The notes below the pieces were generated by a model that worked only from the letters and a program-made list of their open reading frames with translations, did no database searches and was not told where the DNA came from. 64,000 nt of DNA from an uncultured Oscillospiraceae bacterium (GTDB taxonomy: Bacteria; Bacillota; Clostridia; Christensenellales; CAG-314), in the NCBI GenBank assembly GCA_964483825.1, contig CAZADD010000001.1, positions 2,491 to 66,490 of the forward strand. Direction: 5' to 3'. Below are positions 28,001 through 36,804 of the stretch, in pieces (the stretch's first letter is position 1; the number at the start of each line of letters is the position of its first letter). A program made the translations under genes and the position numbers.

Positions 28001-29293
28001 GACCGCGGTATCGGTTTGCCTTCAACTGGAGATCCATACAACGCGCTTGTCGTTCCCGTTCAATTTGGCAACAAAGTTATTTCGGATACGGCTCTCAACA
28101 ACTTGAACGTTGCATTCAACGGCACATCCGAACAAACCGGTTGGGAAAGCGTCAGCACCTACTACCAAAAGTCTTCATTCGGAAAACTTAACCTCAGCTT
28201 CGATATTTGGAACTACAATATCGGAACTGAGTACGGGAAAAACTTCACAGCTAAATATGCAGCCAAATACTACGAAGATTCCCAAAATGGTAGCGATTTG
28301 TTACTTAAAGAAGTTTTGGCTTGGTTGGACGATATGATTGATCTTTCCAAGTACGATACCAACGACGACGGATGCATCGATGCGGTTTATCTTATCTACG
28401 ACAACGACGTGGACTATGACAACGGAGATTTCTGGTGGGCCTATGTCACCTGGTACCAAGGCGAAGAAACTTATGACGGCAAGTATGCTTACTACTACTT
28501 GTTTGCAGGCTTCGACTTTATGATGGAAGACGTTAACGGCGGCGGAATTACGGAAAGCGTTATTGAAGGTTTGAAAGTTAATGCAGTAACCTACATTCAC
28601 GAAACAGGACACTTGCTTGGTTTGGACGACTACTACGACTATTCTTCTAGACGCAGCGACGGCTACAGTAGCGTTGGTTGCAACGAGGGTCTTGGCGGTG
28701 CGGACATAATGGACGCAACTCAAGGCGACCACAACAAGTATTCCAAAATTATGCTTGGTTGGATGGAACCCACAATTATCACCGAATCCAAACAATACAC
28801 GATCGATTTGACGGATAACGACACTTCTAACGACTGTTTCTTGATCTTCTTGGATAGCAACAATTCCTACTTCTGCGAATACTTGCTTATCGATTTGTAT
28901 TCGGCAGAAGATTTGAACAAACTTCACGCCAATGCAAGCGGCACTTACCTTTATGACGGTGCTTCGTTCGGCGCAAGAATCTACCACGTTTCCAGCGCAA
29001 TCGACAACCCCTACAGCGAAAACGAATATGGTTCGTTCACTAACAATAACAACTCCGTTACGGATATTGCCCTTATCAAGCTTGTCGAAGCGGACGGCGG
29101 CACGAGTAAATCCACGAATAATGACGGCGCATGGGCATCGGCAAGCGACTTGTGGCAAACCGGAGGCAAACTAAGCGAACAATTTGCCAACTACAAGCGT
29201 AACGACGGCAAATTGATTAACTTCGATATCGTTTTCGACAGCGTTACCGAAAAAACCGCAACGTTCACGGTTACGTTCACAACTGCGGCTTAG
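25016..29293 (+). CDS. Large modular surface lipoprotein with a C-terminal M6-like zinc metalloprotease domain
   Basis: Lipobox FAA-C, B-repeat (FSVTFDAQNG..FGGWYTD..VTVYAKW), Big_2 (ISLNKTQLTL..VTWSSSDNSIATVD), two acidic repeated domains, GDS/PT/GS linkers. Protease motifs ESVSTYYQKSSFGKL, YDTNDDGCIDAV, IHETGHLLGLDDYYD, DIMD..GDHNKYSKIMLGW. Confidence 0.85.
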   Translation: MKKRLVILLAIVMVLSCVFAACSENTFSVTFDAQNGTEPTVVKFDSNFALPINPTNGDKVFGGWYTDKDCTDGNEWTVPTVLLADVTVYAKWTDAVTPPPVTISLNKTQLTLTVGSSEDLVATVSDGSAVTWSSSDNSIATVDQNGKVTAVAEGSATITAAVGEVKATCQVTVESATHTPDTTLATILAKYADIDSWNFRTTYVLECDGEYVYNDVLKFIGENFAWEFEEEDSYGNLTTYTDYVWYDEVKEQYVYYYDNGDGTYNVYYETDDEDDFYEYYLDAPWLDLSELTADLFTKNNDCYVANDPATVGNAILGNWGDECTFTEFKLYVANGYISKIVATQEDTSEDYAGTYTFTLEFSKHGEISLTAPEVDDSGDSGDSGDSGDSGDSGDIDSGDVVAPTDKQSYLDCVVETPVVGTEYKLAMWQGNVSKVLYATGAMDGNFLAATANVSSAAVVTLETATNGYYLKVGGKYVTLAGYIKGDYVKASVSLTDNATTVFTIGEHNELVANVVAESKNDDFVLGTFDQHETISASSTYYIKGDKASAIDDSQFLARLVSVDGNGGGTVTPTPTPTPDNDADLVEIFEKYEDVENWNFRLKFVLVDSDGYYSNNDVLKMVGEAFSWEYEYDGETYVDYLLYDETEGLLVYYYDNGDGTYDAYYEDDEWGIFDYLYSWPPYVDLSSLNDYSFTKNNDCYIANDPATAGNAILGDWGDDCTFTALKLYIADGYITKIVATQKDVSEYYAGTYTFTLEFSQFGEIVLTAPDLDGGDSGDGGSGSETPDPDVPVGESKTTVIDVGSFALSGTAYGWYDWSKDEISGFAYLYSGKTSSIQMTTKKQPSYYLASITATPGAITSITVKLASEENGPTSYEFEVLTSNSAFTQVDGAPTTGTSQGTKTATLEGTTWTISGTDTYFCIICKTTKKAVYIENITVVYGGGSGSGSSSGSGSGGGSGSGSGSGTGNVMPEQTYDKDTFDNENLQDKLLEYEKSYDRGIGLPSTGDPYNALVVPVQFGNKVISDTALNNLNVAFNGTSEQTGWESVSTYYQKSSFGKLNLSFDIWNYNIGTEYGKNFTAKYAAKYYEDSQNGSDLLLKEVLAWLDDMIDLSKYDTNDDGCIDAVYLIYDNDVDYDNGDFWWAYVTWYQGEETYDGKYAYYYLFAGFDFMMEDVNGGGITESVIEGLKVNAVTYIHETGHLLGLDDYYDYSSRRSDGYSSVGCNEGLGGADIMDATQGDHNKYSKIMLGWMEPTIITESKQYTIDLTDNDTSNDCFLIFLDSNNSYFCEYLLIDLYSAEDLNKLHANASGTYLYDGASFGARIYHVSSAIDNPYSENEYGSFTNNNNSVTDIALIKLVEADGGTSKSTNNDGAWASASDLWQTGGKLSEQFANYKRNDGKLINFDIVFDSVTEKTATFTVTFTTAA
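26140..26211 (+). repeat. In-frame 9-bp degenerate tandem repeat encoding (DSG)n linker
   Basis: GACAGCGGA GACAGCGGA GATAGTGGA GATAGCGGC GACAGTGGT GATAGCGGT. Confidence 0.8.
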
Positions 29294-29450
29294 TTGAAAC
29301 GAACAACTTGTGGTAGACGGGCGAACTAAGCGAACAATTTGCTAACTACAAGCGCAACGACGGCAAGTTGATCAACTTTGATATCGTTTTCGATAGCGTT
29401 ACCGCAACAACCGCAACGTACACAACTGAGACTTGGTTGAAAAACAAACA
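29148..29450 (+). repeat. Tandem diverged duplication (period ~158 bp) of the protease gene 3' end
   Basis: 29148-29305 aligns with 29306-~29450 (AACTAAGCGAACAATTTGC..GATATCGTTTTCGA.AGCGTTACCG). Confidence 0.9.
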
Positions 29451-29521
29451 GTTCGAACAGTATTTCGCTTTTTGCAAGGTTTCAGCAAAGCCGCCTTGCA
29501 ATGCCACAACAACTTAACGCA

Positions 29522-29560
29522 AAACACCCCGATAACTTTCGTCGGGGTGTTTGTTTTTTT
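29522..29560 (+). terminator. Intrinsic terminator after the protease gene and its duplicated tail
   Basis: AAACACCCCGA..TCGGGGTGTTT followed by GTTTTTTT. Confidence 0.8.
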
Positions 29561-29613
29561 GCGAAAAAAGTTGCGTCGACTGTTGCCGTTCATCCGCTTT
29601 CCCTAACGTACCT

Positions 29614-29955
29614 CCACTCTTCACTACTATTTATTGTCTCTTGGCGGCTCCGCCGCCCTTGGCTCTCACTCCGGGAGAGCTGTCACCGCAGGTGACTGAG
29701 AGGGCAAAAACAGCGATAAATCGCTGTCAGAGAAAAGATAAGAGAGAAGAGTGAAAAGAAATGAATACTTTTTTAGATGTGTATAGTTGCTTGGATAGGT
29801 AAAAGAGCTAAAAATACATTTTGCACACAAATTTCTTTCTAACCTACCAACAAGGTAACGTGAACGAAACCGCACATTTAAGTATGTTGTCGGTAAAAGT
29901 GTTTCCACTAACGTGCCTCAACTCTTCACTTTTCCCTTGGCGACTCTGCCGTCCA
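29614..29955. repeat. Second cluster of the REP-like palindrome family
   Basis: TTGGCTCTCACTCCGGGAGAGCTGTCACCGCAGGTGACTGAGAGGG matches 11888-11929 TTGGCTCTCACTTTGGGAGAGCTGTCGGAGTGCCTGAGAGGG. ACTCTTCACT and CAGAGAAAAGA are also shared. Confidence 0.7.
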
Positions 29956-30058
29956 CTTTTCCACCTTGTCAACGCAACGGTCACACGTTTCCGCCAAAGG
30001 CACAAGGGCTTTGTTGCGTAATCTTCAATTTACTTTGCTTAACCTAGCGAATGAACAA

Positions 30059-30087
30059 TTGACAAGCATTTTTTACAATGCTATAAT
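30059..30087 (+). promoter_or_regulatory. asnS-aspS sigma-A promoter with extended -10
   Basis: TTGACA (30059-30064), 17 bp, TG-c-TATAAT (30082-30087). Confidence 0.85.
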
Positions 30088-30125
30088 AAAAAACAGCCGA
30101 AAACGGCAAAAAGAAGAGGATAAAC

Positions 30126-31502
30126 ATGAAACACACGGATATAAGACAAATTATCACACAATCCGAACTCTATTTTGACAAAGACGTTGTCGTCTGCGGT
30201 TGGATTCGCAGTTTTCGTGACAGCAAAAACATGGGCTTTTTGGCGTTGAACGACGGAACGACGCTCAATCATTTGCAAATTGTCATCGACAAATCCGTTG
30301 TCAACCTTTCCGAGGCGTTGCGCCCCGGTGCATCCGTCAAAGTTGTTGGCAAGGCAGTCAAATCTTTCAATGCAAACCAAGTTATCGAAGTTAACGCAAC
30401 TTCCGTTGAACTTCTGGGCGATTGCCCGTTGGATTATCCCATTCAAAAAGCAAAAACGTCTTTGGACTTTTTGCGCACGGTGCCTCACTTGCGTGTTCGC
30501 ACAAACACGTTCAACGCAGTGTTTCGTGTCCGTAGCAAACTGTCTGCGGCAATCCACCGTTTCTTCCAAGAAAGAGACTTTTTGTACGTTCACACGCCAA
30601 TTATCACCGGCAGCGACTGTGAAGGCGCAGGCGAAATGTTCCAAGTGACAACCGTCGGCTACGACGCAACGGCAAAGTCTGCCGAAGAGTATTACGCAAA
30701 GGATTTCTTCGGGCAAAAGGTCGGGCTCACCGTTTCAGGACAAATGGAAGGCGAAGTTATGGCAACGGCGTTTGGAAAAATCTACACGTTCGGCCCCACT
30801 TTCCGTGCGGAGAACAGCAACACAACCCGTCACGCCGCAGAATTTTGGCAAATCGAGCCGGAAGTTGCTTTTGCGGAATTGCCGGATATCATCGAAATTG
30901 CAACCGATTTCATCAAGTACATCATCAACGATATTTTGCGCACTTGTACTGACGAACTTGCATTTTTGGAAAAGTTCTACGAAAAGGGCTTGCGCGAAAA
31001 ATTGCAAAAAGTGGTGGATGACGAATTTATTCAGTGTGAATATTCGCGCGCGATAGAAATTTTGCAAGCAAGCGGCAAACAATTCCAGTATCCTGTGGAA
31101 TGGGGGCGTGATTTGCAAACGGAACACGAACGTTATTTGACGGACGAAGTGTTCAAATGTCCCGTTTTCGTCGTTAACTACCCCAAAGACATCAAGTCGT
31201 TCTACATGAAGCAAAATCCCGACGGAAAAACCGTTGCGGCAACGGATTTGCTTGTTCCCGGCGTTGGCGAAATTATTGGATGCAGCGAGCGTGAAGCAGA
31301 CTACGACAAATTGTTGCAAGCAATCAACGATCGCCACATGAAGTTATCCGACTATCAAAACTATTTGGATTTGCGCAAGTTCGGCAGTGTTCCGCACAGC
31401 GGTTTCGGGCTTGGATTGGAACGTATTTTGATGTACGCAACGGGAATGTCCAACATTCGCGATACAATCGCATTCCCCAGAACGAAGGACGAACTTCGCT
31501 AA
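30126..31502 (+). CDS. asnS: Asparagine--tRNA ligase
   Basis: GWIRSFR..LNDGT, HLRVRTN, SDCEGAGEMFQV, LTVSGQ, GPTFRAENSNTTRHAAEFW, DLQTEHERYL, PHSGFGLGLER. Confidence 0.96.
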   Translation: MKHTDIRQIITQSELYFDKDVVVCGWIRSFRDSKNMGFLALNDGTTLNHLQIVIDKSVVNLSEALRPGASVKVVGKAVKSFNANQVIEVNATSVELLGDCPLDYPIQKAKTSLDFLRTVPHLRVRTNTFNAVFRVRSKLSAAIHRFFQERDFLYVHTPIITGSDCEGAGEMFQVTTVGYDATAKSAEEYYAKDFFGQKVGLTVSGQMEGEVMATAFGKIYTFGPTFRAENSNTTRHAAEFWQIEPEVAFAELPDIIEIATDFIKYIINDILRTCTDELAFLEKFYEKGLREKLQKVVDDEFIQCEYSRAIEILQASGKQFQYPVEWGRDLQTEHERYLTDEVFKCPVFVVNYPKDIKSFYMKQNPDGKTVAATDLLVPGVGEIIGCSEREADYDKLLQAINDRHMKLSDYQNYLDLRKFGSVPHSGFGLGLERILMYATGMSNIRDTIAFPRTKDELR

Positions 31503-31539
31503 AACTAACACAAATTTTGCATAAGCAAGGAAGATAATT

Positions 31540-32838
31540 ATGAACAGAACCTACATCAAGGACCTTACCGAAGGTCAAGTGAAAATCAAAGGAATGGTGG
31601 AGACCATTCGCGACAAAAAAATAATGTTTTTGGTCATTCGCGACGTCACTGGCTTTGTGCAAGTGACAATCGTCAAGGACGAATGCCCCGAAGTGTACGA
31701 AATTGCCAAGCAACTTACTCCGCACAGTTTCGTAACGGTGGAAGGCAAATGCGTATTTTCCGAATACGTTCGCAACGGCGGCAAGGAAATTTATCCGACT
31801 TACATGGAAATAATGTCTGTTGCAGACGTGTTGCCCATTCAAGCGGATAGCGGACAAGATTTGCGCATGGACTATCGTTGGATAGATTTGCGTGACGAAA
31901 AGAAAACGTTCCTTTTCAAAATTCAAACGGCATTTGAAAAACACGCCGTGGAATTTTTCAACCAAAACAATTTCATAGAAATTCACACTCCCAAAATCAC
32001 TGCGCTTTCCAGTGAAGGCGGTAGCGAAGTGTTCGAACTTAAAAACTACTTCGGACAACCCGCCTACCTCACTCAGAGTCCTCAATTGTACAAGCAAATG
32101 AGCATGATGGCCGGTTTCGACAAAACATTCGAAATTGGCGAATACTTCCGTGCTAACCCCAGTTTCACCAGTCGTCACGACACGGAATTCACCGGCATCG
32201 ACGTTGAAATTTCCTACATCGATTCTCACCACGACGTGATGGATTTGGAAGAAGCTTTGCTTCGCCACGTTATCCACGGCGTGAAAGCCGACTACAACGA
32301 AGAATACAAAAAGTATTTCGGCAAAGACATCATCGAGATCAACAATCCCATTCCTCGCATTCCCTTGCACGAAGCGTACAGAATTTTGAAAGAAGAAATG
32401 AACTACGAAGTGCCTCGTGCGTTGAAAGGCGACTTGGACCCCGACGGCGAAAAACTTATTTGCGAATACGTCAAGAAAAAGTACGACAGCGAATTCGTGT
32501 TCATCATCGACTTCCCTGCAAAAGCCCGTGCTTTCTACTCCATGAAGAAGGACGACGACAAGGAACTTACCAAAACTTACGACTTGTTGTATCGCGGAAT
32601 TGAAATCACAAGCGGCGCACAACGTGAACATCGCTACGAAGAATTGAAAAAGAACATTGCAGAACAAGGCATCGACCCCGAAAGCATGCACGACTACTTG
32701 GAATTCTTCCGCTACGGCGCACCCACACACGGCGGTTTCGGTTTGGGTATCACGCGTACGTTGGTAAAGTTGTTTGAACTTCCCAGCGTCAAGGACGTAA
32801 CCTTCCTGTTCCGTGGACCTTCCAGACTTAAACCCTAG
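31540..32838 (+). CDS. aspS: Aspartate--tRNA ligase, short archaeal-type (no GAD insertion)
   Basis: 432 aa. RMDYRWIDLR, SEGGSEVF, YLTQSPQLYKQ, FRANPSFTSRHDTEFTGID, EITSGAQREH, GAPTHGGFGLG. Confidence 0.92.
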   Translation: MNRTYIKDLTEGQVKIKGMVETIRDKKIMFLVIRDVTGFVQVTIVKDECPEVYEIAKQLTPHSFVTVEGKCVFSEYVRNGGKEIYPTYMEIMSVADVLPIQADSGQDLRMDYRWIDLRDEKKTFLFKIQTAFEKHAVEFFNQNNFIEIHTPKITALSSEGGSEVFELKNYFGQPAYLTQSPQLYKQMSMMAGFDKTFEIGEYFRANPSFTSRHDTEFTGIDVEISYIDSHHDVMDLEEALLRHVIHGVKADYNEEYKKYFGKDIIEINNPIPRIPLHEAYRILKEEMNYEVPRALKGDLDPDGEKLICEYVKKKYDSEFVFIIDFPAKARAFYSMKKDDDKELTKTYDLLYRGIEITSGAQREHRYEELKKNIAEQGIDPESMHDYLEFFRYGAPTHGGFGLGITRTLVKLFELPSVKDVTFLFRGPSRLKP

Positions 32839-32904
32839 ACGGTGTTGCGTTGTTGGTAGTTACCGACAAGTTTGCAAAATCTTTTGCAATAAATAATAAA
32901 ATCC

Positions 32905-32946
32905 GAAATGCACCCCAAAGTGTCTAACTTTTGGAGGTGCATTTCA
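32905..32946. mobile_element. Palindrome resembling joined IS3/IS150-family terminal inverted repeats (empty IS scar; may act as aspS terminator)
   Basis: GAAATGCACCCCAAA-GTGTCTAACTTTTGGAGGTGCATTTCA resembles the TGAA.TGCACCCCAAAAGTTAGACA ends of Firmicute IS3-family elements (recalled, not searched). Confidence 0.5.
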
Positions 32947-33233
32947 AAATTTTGGCATTTTTTTGATTTTACGGCAAATGTTGGGACAAGAAAGTTCACG
33001 TCATCACCAATTGTTTTACAAAATTTTTTACCATATGTTCAATAATTTTTAATTTCTTATTCAATGTTCATTATAGAATTAACTTTTGAAGTGCAGTGCT
33101 ACACGTTTCAAGTGGAATGCTTGTTGTGGAAACAAGTTAAAACGCATTTTTCAAACGTGTTGTACTATGTTGGCATTGCTAATCAATGTAAGAAACGGCA
33201 TGTGCTTTTGAAAACTTAAGCAATGTAAAAAAT

Positions 33234-33262
33234 AACGAGTTCGGCAAAACGCCGAACTCGTT
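33234..33262 (-). terminator. Terminator of the AraC gene
   Basis: AACGAGTTCGGC-aaaac-GCCGAACTCGTT with upstream A-run (T-tract on the - strand). Confidence 0.75.
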
Positions 33263-33370
33263 TGCTTTGTGCGATTACGCATATGTTTGACAATGTGATT
33301 GGCACGAGAAGTTTCGCAACAATTCTTTTTTCTGACGCGGGTAAAAGACTTGATTGTTGCAAAAATCCAG

Positions 33371-34273
33371 TCAAAATTTTGTTTTTATTGTGGTGATGGG
33401 GGGGGGTGCGGTTAAATTGTCGGTGTCGGCAGTGTTTAATGTGTGCATGCGAGCCAATGTCTTTCGCGTTTGTTCGGGGCTTTCGTTTTTGATCTTTTTG
33501 TACGCACTGGAAAAGTAAGAAATGGAATTGTATCCTACCGAAATAGAAATTTGTGCAATGGATAGACTAGTGCATCGCAAAAGCTTTTCTGCTTCGTTGC
33601 AACGAATTTCATTCAGCGTGCTTATAAGCGATTTTCCGTATTTTTTCTTAAATGCGTGTGCAATGTAATACTTATTCAAGTAAAAAATTTTGGATATTTT
33701 GTCCAAAGTTATGTCTTCTTGATAGCGTGACGTTAAGTACTCATGTATGTTGGAAAGGGTGCTTACTTGGCCGTCCGATTTGTATGATTGTGACATAAGC
33801 GATGTGCGCCGCAAGATAAAAAGCATAAATTTATCCACTTCGTTAAGTACTGCAAACTGCCAAAATGGTTTCATTTCCACTTCTTCTTTTTCGATAACTC
33901 GCAACACGTCAAAAAGCGTTTCGAAATCTGCAGAAAAATCGAACATGAACACTTCTTTGTATTCGTCGGATTTTTTTTGCGTAAAAACAATGTCGTCCAA
34001 TGAAAAAACAGCATATTCCAAATGGTCAACTTCATCGGATAGCTCCGTGTGCATAACCGTTGGATTGATAATTATTACCATTCCTTTGCGAACGGGAGTG
34101 TCACCGTCCAGCGTTCTTAAAAAACCTTTGCCGTCTGTGATGAACAAAATTTCCATATACGAATGGTTGTGGATCAAGCTTTTCCAGTCGCCCACGTAGC
34201 GCATGCGTTCGTATGTCAAAAATTTGTAGACTCTTGCCCCAAGGTCTTTTGAAAATATGGTGAATTGTTTCAT
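33371..34273 (-). CDS. AraC-family regulator (cupin sensor + HTH), divergent from the glycan locus
   Basis: HNHSYMEILFITDGKG..NPTVMHTE cupin. ITLDKISKIFYLNKYYIAHAFKK..IAQISISVGYNSISYFSSAYKK HTH. Confidence 0.92.
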   Translation of the reverse strand: MKQFTIFSKDLGARVYKFLTYERMRYVGDWKSLIHNHSYMEILFITDGKGFLRTLDGDTPVRKGMVIIINPTVMHTELSDEVDHLEYAVFSLDDIVFTQKKSDEYKEVFMFDFSADFETLFDVLRVIEKEEVEMKPFWQFAVLNEVDKFMLFILRRTSLMSQSYKSDGQVSTLSNIHEYLTSRYQEDITLDKISKIFYLNKYYIAHAFKKKYGKSLISTLNEIRCNEAEKLLRCTSLSIAQISISVGYNSISYFSSAYKKIKNESPEQTRKTLARMHTLNTADTDNLTAPPPITTIKTKF

Positions 34274-34668
34274 TGTTTGTTCCGAGTGTCAGTTCTTTTG
34301 TCGTTTTATTCCAAGTCGGTAAGAGCAAAATGTGATTTTTATTTTTTTTAATGGGTGACATCGCAATATTTGCGAATTTCAGCATTGAAGTTTATTGGAT
34401 TGTGGCTTTTGTGCAGTGCATGTTTTGCCAAATGTCGTTTTGCGACGGAATCAATGTCTTGTGTTGCTCTGCCGCAAGTATGGGCGTGATTTTTTTTGTT
34501 TTTCAAAAAGAATTGTAAAAACTACGTTTGTAGCGGTGTGAGTTTTGTGATTTTGTGCACGCAAGAATTGTTAAATGGCGATTTGTTTGAATTTTTCGCC
34601 GTGCAACCGATTTGGTTTTCTTAATTTTATCTTATTGCCTCGGTCAAGTCAAGTGTTTTTGTTTTCAC

Positions 34669-34732
34669 AGCAATATATCTAAAATATAGAGCAATTCTGT
34701 TATTGTAACGGGGTGGAACAAGGCGTTAAAAT
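34669..34732 (+). promoter_or_regulatory. Putative AraC-activated promoter of the glycan operon
   Basis: AGCAAT direct repeats 21 bp apart (34669, 34690) abutting weak -35 TTGTAA (34703-34708) and -10 TAAAAT (34727-34732). Confidence 0.45.
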
Positions 34733-34773
34733 AACATTGAATACAAAATTGATTTCTAGTTGGTGACTAAACA

Positions 34774-36804
34774 ATGCAAGTGGTTTGGGGAGAACATCAA
34801 AATATAAGAAACACAGAGTTGTGTTTTGTTTGTAACATAGAAAAACAAAAGAACGTTACGCTTTCGTTGATAGCCAAAGATGTCTACAACCTTTATGTAA
34901 ACGGACGATTTGTGTCTTACGGTCCCGCAAGGGCGGCAAAGGGGTATGCAAGAGTAGACAGAATTTTGTTGGACGAGTTTTTGACGAAGCAAGTTAATGT
35001 TGTGGAGATCTACGTTGAATACTACGGCACTCGCACGCTGTGCTTTGCCGGAGGCGATCCGTTTTTTGGTTGTGAAGTTGTGGGCGAGAACTGCAGAGTT
35101 CTTGTCGAAAGCAAGAATTTCCAATGCTATTTGATGACGGACAAGATAAGAAAAGTTGAAAGAATGTCTTCACAGCGCGGTTATTTGGAAGTTTATGCGT
35201 TGTCCGCAAATCGCAGTCCGTTTTGTAACGGTTGCGAAAAAATCAATCTAGTAGACGCATCCATACCAAAAATTTTGGAAAGGAACGTTGCTTATTCCAA
35301 GTATGAGAAGGTTGTTGCCAAGCAGTACGAGCAAGGCAGTGTGGGCATCAATTTGCAAAAAACGTGGGATAACGATTTCACAAAAATGCTCGAAAACGGC
35401 AATGGGCTGTTTTCCTACACTCGCAGCGAGTGTGACTGTGTTCTCAGCAAAGAATTGCTTGCTTTTGATTTCACAATGAACGGCCGGTACAATTATCGTT
35501 CGTTTGTTTTTCAAAACATTGAATGCGGCAAGTTGGCATTGAGTTTGAATGCCGAAAGCAATTGTGACGTTTGGGTTGTCTACGACGACATTTTGGTAGA
35601 CGGAAAAATACAATTCAATCGCGAGCAAATAACACACGGGTTGAAGTGGAGTTTGGAAAAGGGCGACTACACGTTGTATTCGCAGGAAGTGTATTCGGCA
35701 AAGTATGTGACGCTTATTTTCTGCGGTGCAGTCGAAGTGGACGACGTGTCGATAATTCGAGTGGAAAACCCTGAGGATTGCAAAAAATTCGAGTGCGACG
35801 ATGCTGATTTGCAAGAAGTATATTTGGCGGCGGCCCGAACATTCCGTCACAACTGCTACGATTTGCCGACAGATTGTCCCAATCGCGAACGAGCAGGATA
35901 TTTGTGTGACGGCTATTTCTTGGGGATAGCGGAACACTTTTTTACCGATTCGAGCAACGTAGAACGGAATTTTTTGGAAAATTACCGCCACTATCAAAAC
36001 GAAATTTTTAACGACGACGGAATTTTGCCAATGTGTTATCCGTCCGTCGCATCAAACAAGGACGACTACATTCCCAACTGGATACTCTGGTTTGTACTAC
36101 AGTTACGTGAATTTGAAAAGAGAACGGGCGATAGCCAATTTGTTGCAACATTCGAAGACAAGGTTCGAAAAGCTCTGAAATTCTTTGCGCGTTACGAAAA
36201 CGAGTTCGGGCTTTTGGAAAAACTGGACGGCTGGGTGTTTATCGAGTGGAGCAAAGCCAACGACTTTGTTGACGGAGTCAATTATCCGTCCAATATGCTC
36301 TATTCTGCTGCGCTACGGGCTGCCGGTGAAATGTTTGACGACTTTTCTTTGAAAAACAAGGCCGAAGCGGTTAGACGATGCATTGTCAATCAGTCTTTTG
36401 ACGGCAAATTGTTCCACGATAATGCCGTCAGAAAGGACGGAAAACTTGTCGTGACGGACAATGTTTCGGAAACGTGTCAAAACTACGCAATATTTTTTGA
36501 TATTGCAGACAAAGAACACAAAACCTTTGTGGAAGAATTTGTCAAACGGTTCGACGGATGCCATCTTTGCCCGTCCAACATGTTTATTGGATACATATTG
36601 AGACTGTTTGGTCTTTTTAAAAATGAAAAGTATCAACAAGTGATAGATGAATGTGAGCAAATGTTTTTGCCCATGGCCAAGCGCACCGGAACGATTTGGG
36701 AATTGTTTGCCGAGAATGCCAGTTGCAATCATGGGTTCGGTGCTGTAGTGGGTTATCTTGTGTGTGAATCCTACAAGCGGTGCACGGGAGGAAAAAATGA
36801 CTAG
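34774..36804 (+). CDS. GH78-like (alpha-L-rhamnosidase family) six-hairpin glycosidase, cytoplasmic
   Basis: YNLYVNGRFVSYGPAR, PTDCPNRERAGYLCDG, FIEWS, GTIWE..SCNHGF. No signal peptide. Confidence 0.8.
   Translation: MQVVWGEHQNIRNTELCFVCNIEKQKNVTLSLIAKDVYNLYVNGRFVSYGPARAAKGYARVDRILLDEFLTKQVNVVEIYVEYYGTRTLCFAGGDPFFGCEVVGENCRVLVESKNFQCYLMTDKIRKVERMSSQRGYLEVYALSANRSPFCNGCEKINLVDASIPKILERNVAYSKYEKVVAKQYEQGSVGINLQKTWDNDFTKMLENGNGLFSYTRSECDCVLSKELLAFDFTMNGRYNYRSFVFQNIECGKLALSLNAESNCDVWVVYDDILVDGKIQFNREQITHGLKWSLEKGDYTLYSQEVYSAKYVTLIFCGAVEVDDVSIIRVENPEDCKKFECDDADLQEVYLAAARTFRHNCYDLPTDCPNRERAGYLCDGYFLGIAEHFFTDSSNVERNFLENYRHYQNEIFNDDGILPMCYPSVASNKDDYIPNWILWFVLQLREFEKRTGDSQFVATFEDKVRKALKFFARYENEFGLLEKLDGWVFIEWSKANDFVDGVNYPSNMLYSAALRAAGEMFDDFSLKNKAEAVRRCIVNQSFDGKLFHDNAVRKDGKLVVTDNVSETCQNYAIFFDIADKEHKTFVEEFVKRFDGCHLCPSNMFIGYILRLFGLFKNEKYQQVIDECEQMFLPMAKRTGTIWELFAENASCNHGFGAVVGYLVCESYKRCTGGKND

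Noticed and set aside
29148-29450. Diversity-generating retroelement VR/TR pair at the protease 3' end
   Set aside because: Differences are mostly C/T and silent rather than adenine-specific, and no reverse transcriptase is in the window.
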